64,000 bases of DNA from the NCBI GenBank assembly GCA_023334545.1, contig JAADVB010000027.1, positions 52,581 to 116,580 of the forward strand, in the 5' to 3' direction. How positions within the stretch are numbered: position 1 is the stretch's first letter; every line of letters starts with the position of its first letter. Below, piece by piece: positions 56,691-64,000 of the stretch. Source of the DNA: Salisapilia sapeloensis CBS 127946 (Eukaryota > Protista > Oomycota). The translations under genes were made by a program, and so were the position numbers. The notes beneath the pieces are model-generated. The model was given only the letters and a program-made list of their open reading frames with translations, did not search any database and was not told where the DNA came from.

Positions 56691-57020
56691 ATGTTGCAAA
56701 TGCGGCGGAGGCCTCGACGCTTTCCGACCTTGTCTGGTTCGAATCGCCACTGGAGGACGCTTGATGTACCTCTGGATCTCAACTAGTCACTCGGGTGAAA
56801 CTGTAGATAGTGCTGATGGAAGGAGAACCATCCTGGGATGATGTATGTGTGGCGACATCCTGGATACCGCCGGAAACCCATGTCGCATGCTAGAGGTTTC
56901 TAACCTACGAGCGAGTAGGTATACTCGAGGTCGTGCGAATATCCAGCGTATACTTCAGGCCGCGTTCTCCTGGGAGAGTACCCAGCGCCTTTCGCTGAAC
57001 TGTCAAGTCGTCTCGAATGA
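56691..57020 (+). CDS. Hypothetical 4-exon micro-gene (about 65 aa)
   Basis: Three GTA..AG introns (56766-56806, 56843-56893, 56919-56958) join into one frame; no family recognised. Confidence 0.35.
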
Positions 57021-57550
57021 AAATCGAGTTGAATTAAGCCAAGCGGCTCCATGCACCGGATGAGTCATCTTTCGATTGATGTTTACAACCAGCTTGCTCA
57101 CTGACTACTTTAGCCTATCCATTTGTGTTTAATCATGCTGAATTGATATGCGCTAATTAATTTTGAGCAATTTTCTACGTCAAGCACAAGTTCTTTCAAG
57201 CGAGGAGGGTCTTGGCAATAGCTTTTTAATTGTTCCGATCAATTAAAATAAAAGTATATCAAGTGTCTTTGCTGCAAACATCTATAAAATATGTGCTACA
57301 TTAAATCATATTTATCGTGTAGTTTGCAAAAGCTATAGTATTTATTCTAGCAGATACTATCAACTAAACTGTCACCTCTAGAATAGTACCACTTACATGT
57401 GAGACCTTCAATTGAACGCGAAGTTCATTATGATCCAACTTTAACTGACTCAATCTATCAAAGTTACTGGTAGCTAGCGAGCTCGACTACTTCTATATTT
57501 AGCGCCTGAGTTTCGGGTGAACGGGCACTGCCGAGTAAAGACGACAGCAA

Positions 57551-59917
57551 ATGTACATTATAGCAGATGAAGCATTTTATATTGTCCGATATCTGAAGCA
57601 CCTGGGGCTGTTTAATACAGCACTAGCGCTGCTTTTGGAAAGCCAAATCGACGACGTGTGGTTGTGTGGACCTTCAACTGCCGTCTCAGCACTTCGCCGA
57701 GCTGTTTTTCTAGGCAAGTGGCAAACTGTGCATCAGTTAGTCGCTACGTTCCAAGACGGTAACCTTGAACGCATCGTAGAGACGTACAAACTCTTGGAAT
57801 TTTCAATTGGAAGTGGCCAAAGATATGTACCGCCATGTACGATTAGCAAGCACGCCACTTATGATATTGTGGATCCGCGATTAATCAAAAGAGTTTATTC
57901 TAAAGACAAGCACGGACAGACAAATTTGATCAGCGAGCTCAGACTTCAGTGCTTTGAAAAACTCGCATCATCTATTCGTGGGCAAGTACCGGTGGATTGT
58001 CAAGAACACAAGTATATTCAGGCTGTATCACAAGAAGCAGTAACCAATAGGCTAAAGAACTTCCTTGGAGTGTCGTTCAGTCATGGTATGACAGGCGACA
58101 TTGAAGGTGAATCATCATTATACTTGGATCGACGAGATGGCCAGCACTCTCCGTTGGCACGCTCTTGTCATCTTGGATCTTTATCTCAATACATGGAAGA
58201 TGGCTCTAAGGGTGAGTGGAAAGATTGCTACCTACAGGATGACCACTTTTTAAATCAAGCCGCGGACAAAGTGATATCAGAACCTTGCAATATAAAGAAA
58301 TCCAATCCTTTAGTAATGTCGGTGCATTGGTCCAAGTCGACGCCGAAGGCCGCAGGTGAACCCAATGGGAGGGTACAGTACACTATTGCTAAGTCTACAA
58401 CAAAGGACTCTTCGACGTCCATGTCTAGCGTATGTACGATAGTGCGATCTACTCAGACTGATCAAGAGGACAAGTACGCTAGTACATCGACTCAGACGGT
58501 GATTTTGGCATCTACCGATGCATTCGTCCAAGTGACTCCTTCCCTTTCTGAAACATGCATGCAAACGGAAAAACAACTTCTAGAAACGACTGGGGTGAAC
58601 ACAGAAGCAATGAGCGTTCATAGCTTGAGCACTCAAACAGACCTACACGTCTCCATGTCGCCGATACAAAGTCATTTAAAATGTATGTCATTTGCACGCC
58701 AAAGCAAAGAGGACGTGCCAGAGTTACCGAATGACACAAAATCGAACCAGTCGGAGGAGCAGTATCAACCGGCACAAAATGCCGTTGAACATTGTATTAA
58801 CAATGATCCGTCCTATGCAAACTTACAAGAGTCTAATATTCCTCTAGCGTCTATTACAGCACAACTTCATGAACCTCATGCCGTGCGCGCTATCAACATT
58901 TTCCAAACGCCGTGCATCACTGATAGTACGAGGATTGCAATGGGAACAAATTCACGTGCCTTTCGGATACTTGACTTGTCACTACAGGCAAATCAGCCTC
59001 ATCCGAATCATCTTGTCGATGGAGCCACCACGCAGCGACCATTGGTACCAGTGCTATGGGAAAGTCACCGCTATCACACGAGTCCAATTTACTCCACCGC
59101 CTCCTTTCAGACAAATCACCACCAAGTGCTTGCAACAGGCTCGCAAAACTCGAGCATCAAAGTCGCAGTCTACAGAGAAGACAGCCAAGGCTCCAGTGTC
59201 CATGACATTTGTGAAATCAACAGCCACATGGGCAAATGCCGCGGTCTCACGTTCACGTCGTCTAATACGCTATGGTCAACTTGCTCTGGTGATTTCACCC
59301 TACGTAGCTGGAAAACAGACTCTATCGTGAAAGGCTTGACTTCATGTCATGCCCAACTTGGCGGCCACGACGATGAAATCCAGGCACTCATCTCCCTTCC
59401 CTCCGACTCAAAGGCACATACAAGCGGAACCCACATTTCCAATACAATGCTTTCCACTGCCCTGGACGGTACGATTCGACTGTGGGACAGTCGGAGTCGC
59501 ATCTGCCAACAGGTGATATGTCGACAACGACGAGAACACGCATCATTGTCATTAGCGTCCAATCCACTCGACCCGAAGGTGTTCGCATCAGGACACCAAC
59601 ATGGAGTCGTGTGTCTGTGGGACCTGCGTCAAGTGGGTACGTCCGCAAGACAGCAGTGTATCGACAGCTCGCAAGTCGGTTCCCACAGCGTCCGAGACTT
59701 GTCTTCAAGTCCGGACGGCCAATGGCTGTCGGTCGCAGCCCTTCCATCTCCTCTCCAACTCGTCCATTGCGTGCGTGGCAAGATGCAAACGCCTCAGACA
59801 CTACCGACAATCCCCACGTACAGTACTCTGGCTGCTCGGTGGCACCCGTCCATCCCGTGTCTCGTGACTTGCACGAGTGTGAACACGCTCGACGTCTGGC
59901 GTCTGGATCAAAGATAA
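57551..59917 (+). CDS. WDR47: WDR47-like LisH/CTLH + WD40 protein
   Basis: N-terminal IVRYLKHLGLFNTALALLLES...LRRAVFLGKWQTV (LisH/CTLH); WD40 order HAVRAI...IAMGTNSRAFRI, HTSPIYST...LATGSQNSSIKV, GGHDDEIQAL, DGTIRLWD, FASGHQHGVVCLWDLR, HSVRDLSSSPDGQWL matches my recollection of WDR47; divergent. Confidence 0.65.
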   Translation: MYIIADEAFYIVRYLKHLGLFNTALALLLESQIDDVWLCGPSTAVSALRRAVFLGKWQTVHQLVATFQDGNLERIVETYKLLEFSIGSGQRYVPPCTISKHATYDIVDPRLIKRVYSKDKHGQTNLISELRLQCFEKLASSIRGQVPVDCQEHKYIQAVSQEAVTNRLKNFLGVSFSHGMTGDIEGESSLYLDRRDGQHSPLARSCHLGSLSQYMEDGSKGEWKDCYLQDDHFLNQAADKVISEPCNIKKSNPLVMSVHWSKSTPKAAGEPNGRVQYTIAKSTTKDSSTSMSSVCTIVRSTQTDQEDKYASTSTQTVILASTDAFVQVTPSLSETCMQTEKQLLETTGVNTEAMSVHSLSTQTDLHVSMSPIQSHLKCMSFARQSKEDVPELPNDTKSNQSEEQYQPAQNAVEHCINNDPSYANLQESNIPLASITAQLHEPHAVRAINIFQTPCITDSTRIAMGTNSRAFRILDLSLQANQPHPNHLVDGATTQRPLVPVLWESHRYHTSPIYSTASFQTNHHQVLATGSQNSSIKVAVYREDSQGSSVHDICEINSHMGKCRGLTFTSSNTLWSTCSGDFTLRSWKTDSIVKGLTSCHAQLGGHDDEIQALISLPSDSKAHTSGTHISNTMLSTALDGTIRLWDSRSRICQQVICRQRREHASLSLASNPLDPKVFASGHQHGVVCLWDLRQVGTSARQQCIDSSQVGSHSVRDLSSSPDGQWLSVAALPSPLQLVHCVRGKMQTPQTLPTIPTYSTLAARWHPSIPCLVTCTSVNTLDVWRLDQR

Positions 59918-59974
59918 GAGTATGGAAGGATCAAGATTGTATTCGTCTCTTATCGCCTAAAAACAGTCGCGTCT

Positions 59975-60749
59975 TCACTTGTTTCCTGGAGACTTGGACC
60001 TAGGCTTTGCCTTCCGACTCTTCTTTGTATTAATCGAGTGCGATTGAGGGTCGCATTCAGGACAGAGCCATGTATCCGGGTGACGACCGTCGGAGAAACC
60101 GACGCACTCGAGGTGGTACCACTGCATCGGGTTCGGACAATGCTTGCCGTCGCACGCAATCATGTTGCCAAAGCTCGGTCGGTTGCAGATACAATATAAT
60201 TCATTATCGTCCACATACGCATCATCCGAGACCTTGGGCGCTTTCCGACCATTGTTCTTGCCACCGCTATTTTTCTTGTCGCTTAAACGAGTGGACGTTC
60301 CGTTCTTCCCGCCAACCGGACCCGTGTCACGCTGACGCTTCCGACCGTTCACGCCGTTCTTCTTTTGCCCACGCTTCTCGCTATTCCCATTGCGATCGCG
60401 GGTACGAATGGGATTGTTCGGATTGCGCTCGCCATTTCGCACGCGCTGCATGAACGCCACGATCGAGTCGTCTTCTTCCACGTCCAATTTGGAGTCAAAG
60501 TGGCGCGCGACGAGCGCCGCGATTTCATCTTTATTGTAGTCGTCCTGTAGCGACAGTTGGAAGAAGGCTGCGTACCTCTTGAGCGCCGCGACCGTCAAGC
60601 TTTTGAAGTCGACCATGAGCCGAGGGGGGTAGTCCACCCGTCGCGCTCGATGCTGTGGCAGCGGGTCCTCTATATAGTCTAATGCTAGGAAGAAGAGGTG
60701 AGTGGCGTATAACTGGAGGTACAAGAGACTAAAAGAGACCTTCCTCCAT
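59975..60749 (-). CDS. SAP30 Sin3-binding-like domain + ING-type PHD finger protein
   Basis: 10-nt first exon (ATGGAGGAAG), intron 60679-60739; VDFKSLTVAALKRYAAFFQL...NKDEIAALVARHF...EDDSIVAFM; LYCICNRPSFGNMIACD...QWYHLECVG...WLCPEC. Confidence 0.75.
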
Positions 60750-61244
60750 TGTCCGCGATGGCTGCTCCGCCTCGCTCCGTCCGTTTTCCTTTTCTTTCGC
60801 TGTAAAGCGAACTTAAATAGATTACAATCGGCAACGACGAGTCACATACTGAACCCAAGATAAAGCGTCTCATGCCCTTTCAGTGCTTGCAGTCATGAGA
60901 CGTAAATTACACATGAAGCACCATGAAAGGATGCGATCTTCAAACGATGCAGCCTTTTACGTGGTTGTAGTCGCTTATGTCCGTGGACGAGCGTATGGCC
61001 TAGGTGACACGAAATGAGCATACATGTTAGCGTTTACTACTTTCTGGAGGCTTCATGGGTAATTAAATTGGTGAAACGCACTTTTGAAAGTGGTAACCTA
61101 CGATGTGGACACTTGGCCAAAGTATCCGCCACGAAGGACCGGCGGTCGCTCACATCATCCAGCCACCTTTTTAAGCTCGAAGCGTCACTAGTACCGTCTC
61201 ACTACTGCTTCGACCCGTCCATTCCGACTGTAAGCGAAGGCGCA

Positions 61245-63420
61245 ATGGAGGGACTAGAAGCTTCAAGACGCTTGGAATTTCATGGCGTCGCCTATGTCCT
61301 CACGGTCTGCGTATTGAACAACAAGCTCCACGTCCAAGTCGAAGAAGATGACTGCAATAGCAACATTGACCAATTAGCTTGGTGGACGGCAGAATTAACA
61401 TCAACTTGTAAGCCTCGAGTCCTCGTACTCTCCAACTTTCATTAACTGCATTTCGTAGATGTCGAAGAGCTGACTCGGAAGACGGGAAACTTCAAGCGAT
61501 TCACAGTTTTCGTCAACATGCTTCTGCGTGCTGCCGATCGTCAGAGCGATTCCGTCTTTATCGACCTTCTCACTCCGGCAGACTTGGTATGCATGTCTAC
61601 TAGTATCTTTATCTGGTATTATAATACGACTGATCGGAATATCAGGAGCTCTACCGCAAGCGAAAACTAGGACGAGCGATCGAGCCTACAAGTGAGTAAG
61701 TTTTCAAGTCTTTTATTCATGCATTCTCTTTACTAACGCAATACACTTTAGAACGAAAGAGAATGGCAAACGATACCTCATTCTCACGTACGCCGTCGAA
61801 TTTGATCGTGTCCACTACCCACTGCCTCTTCACAAAGTGACCGAGCCGGACACAAATATATTACTACGCACAGTTCGAAGACTGCGAAAGGTAACTCAAG
61901 CAGAACAATCATACAAATGGTAGACTGGACGACATGAACCATGTAGACGGCGATTGAACAATCCAAGCAGAAAGATGTCACCATCGGAAAGAATCAAATG
62001 GACGCACAAGACTTCAGTTCGGAAAACCAAGAGCTGAAAATGCAAGTGGAGAAGCTAACCAAAGATCTCAAGGGGCACGATCCATCCATCTTGAGACATC
62101 TTCGAGAAGAACTGGAAGTAAAAAGTCTACATTTACAAGTATATTTTCATTGCTTTATACGCTGCATAGGCTTCCATGGATGAAAACAAAGAGCTGATTG
62201 GGATCTACCAGCAACTGAAGATAAATACTAGCAACGAAATTGCTAGCTTAAAGGAAGAGATAAGGTATCTAGAGTGTCCATGAACGTCCGATTGAAAGAA
62301 GTACAGTCATACATGTCCATTATAGAGTGATGAGGAATAAACCCACGCCTGCTGATGAGCCTGTCGATCATTCTCAGCTGGAAAAGTTCTGGGAGCAAAA
62401 GCTTGCGGACGAACGACAAAAACATCAACACAAACTTGTACGTGCATTGCAAATCGAGCAAGTGCTCGCTTCTATTCATATTTGTTTGCACAATAGCAAG
62501 AGATCGCATCAACTATCCAAGACTCAGCCCAAGAACTTCAGTCACTGAAGGATAGCAACACCTTATTACAACAAAAGAATCAGCGTCTAGTCCGACAACT
62601 AAATCTCATCAAAGGTCAGAATCCCAACAACAATGGTAACCCCAAGTTACCACCAAAAGGGAACACTCGAGATTCTTCCAATGCGTCATCGACAATCATG
62701 CCAAAGCAAAGCAAACAGCGACGTCCACGAGCACCACGTCCAAAGCGTCCGACGTCGAATCAATATCAAAGCAGTGATTCAGAGTCAGACGCTTCCAAAG
62801 GTACGCTCAAGCGTGTTCCTGCAGCTAGCAACCGATTCAAACGCTTTGATCCGACTGCCTATCAGCAACAACGAGCTGAAAAACTTCAACAATTAAAGCA
62901 AAAAAATCGAGGAAAGCCTCGAAGTAGAAGTTTGTCACTAGGCGGATACTCTTCCGACTCGTCGGCATGTAGCTCTACGGCTTCCAACAAATCTACTGGT
63001 ACTCGTGGTAGGAAACGCTGGAGCAAAGAGACTATTCGTCGGCAACGTGATAATGTTAACCGACTTGCTTCCCCAAAGCGTGCACCGTCACCAGGTAGGC
63101 AAAGTGACTCGGAGACTGACCGTGAGGATACGAGCATGAGGAAAGCGCAATCAAACCAGGTACCTCGGCGTCCTCATGTGCCTCCGGCGCGTGCCAAGAG
63201 AATTGAAGCATGTCGGAATCAAGTTAACAATCAACAAGAGGTCAAAGCTAGTGTTAATGCGTCGGAAAGGAGGAAAAGTTGGCAATTGGACTTGAAGCAT
63301 GAACGACCACAGAATGACACTTCCTTAGACTCCTTTAGCGATATTGACGAAAGATTGAACGCTTTACAAAACTTTTTAAGGCAAGCAAAGCAGACGACAG
63401 GGCCGACAAAGGAGACATAA
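61245..63420 (+). CDS. CCDC61: CCDC61/VFL3 basal-body protein, multi-exon
   Basis: FHGVAYVLTV...YVEELTRKTGNFKRFTVFVNML...SDSVFIDLLTPADL...KRYLILTYAVEFDRVHYPLPL; coiled coil and a basic S/R-rich tail. Confidence 0.9.
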
Positions 63421-63499
63421 TGCACTGCATGTAGCATGAATCCACCTAAGATACCTATCACTCTAAAATATCACTTGACTTGCTTTAAAAAGAATCCTT

Positions 63500-64000
63500 T
63501 CATCCATCCCACACAGGCGAATGCACGTCCTTCACGCGGTTTCCACAGGGTTCATGGCACGTGCGTAAGAACTTACGACTCAAAATATCGAACGATGCAC
63601 GGGGTAAAAACTTCGGTATATCAGCAAGAAGATCAGGAGCTTCAACTGTCGTGACAAGATGCACATCTTTTCCGCCACCTACCCTTTCACTAAGTATTCC
63701 AACGAACACATTCTGTTTTTGGCATGTGCTATTGTTCTCCTTCAAATATCGTGTGTAGGTTGTGCGCCCAAAGACGACACAATCGACACGGAACAGATCG
63801 AAGACAGATAGGGCCTACGCTGCATCCTTTCAGCTGGAGTTGCGTACCGAGCCGGTGATGGTATAGCTTTCAAGTCGAAGATACAGATTGGTCGGTTTAG
63901 ATGGACGGATTACTTGACAGGTAGGGTAGCCGACCGTATCATGGAAGAGATAGCCCGATGGTAGCTGACTCGATAAGTCGGGTCGGAACCTATTGTCTGA
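63500..64000 (-). CDS. Probable 3' end of an unidentified multi-exon gene running off the window
   Basis: Open minus-strand frames (SQLPSGYLFHDTVGYPTCQ...; ...LLADIPKFLPRASFDILSRKF...) with candidate short introns; exon structure not resolved. Confidence 0.3.

Noticed and set aside
56736-56745. GGTTCGAATC, resembling a tRNA T-loop / B-box
   Set aside because: The flanks cannot form a 5-bp T-stem, and no acceptor, D or anticodon arms can be built.
57060-57550. AT-rich stretch as a mobile element remnant
   Set aside because: No terminal repeats, target-site duplication or transposase fragments; it fits a promoter/terminator region.

Overview
A gene-dense, repeat-poor 64 kb segment of a eukaryotic genome, almost certainly an oomycete with a flagellated stage. 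Evidence: oomycete-style PUFA elongase, START-FYVE and ankyrin families, DAP-pathway LysA, GT71, NRT2, basal-body genes, and 40-70 nt GT-AG introns. About 30 protein-coding genes alternate strands with intergenic gaps mostly of 20-400 bp. I saw no transposon, rRNA, tRNA or CRISPR. The supplied ORF track splits or misses many genes because of introns, so I rebuilt exon structures by hand. Most genes are housekeeping (IF2, Rtf1, DHX37, PES1, PA2G4, PIG-V, DnaJ). Most interesting: (1) a strongly diverged, >20-intron SMC2-like gene that keeps all ATPase motifs, with Walker A on an 18-nt micro-exon next to a GC-AG intron; (2) a 362-nt structured intron in a PWI-domain gene that looks like a poison cassette exon whose 3' splice site sits in a hairpin; (3) a SAP30 Sin3-binding plus ING-type PHD fusion; (4) a PWWP-DEK_C-tandem TFIIS-N protein; (5) three ciliary/basal-body genes within 11 kb. 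All family calls come from remembered motifs, not database searches.
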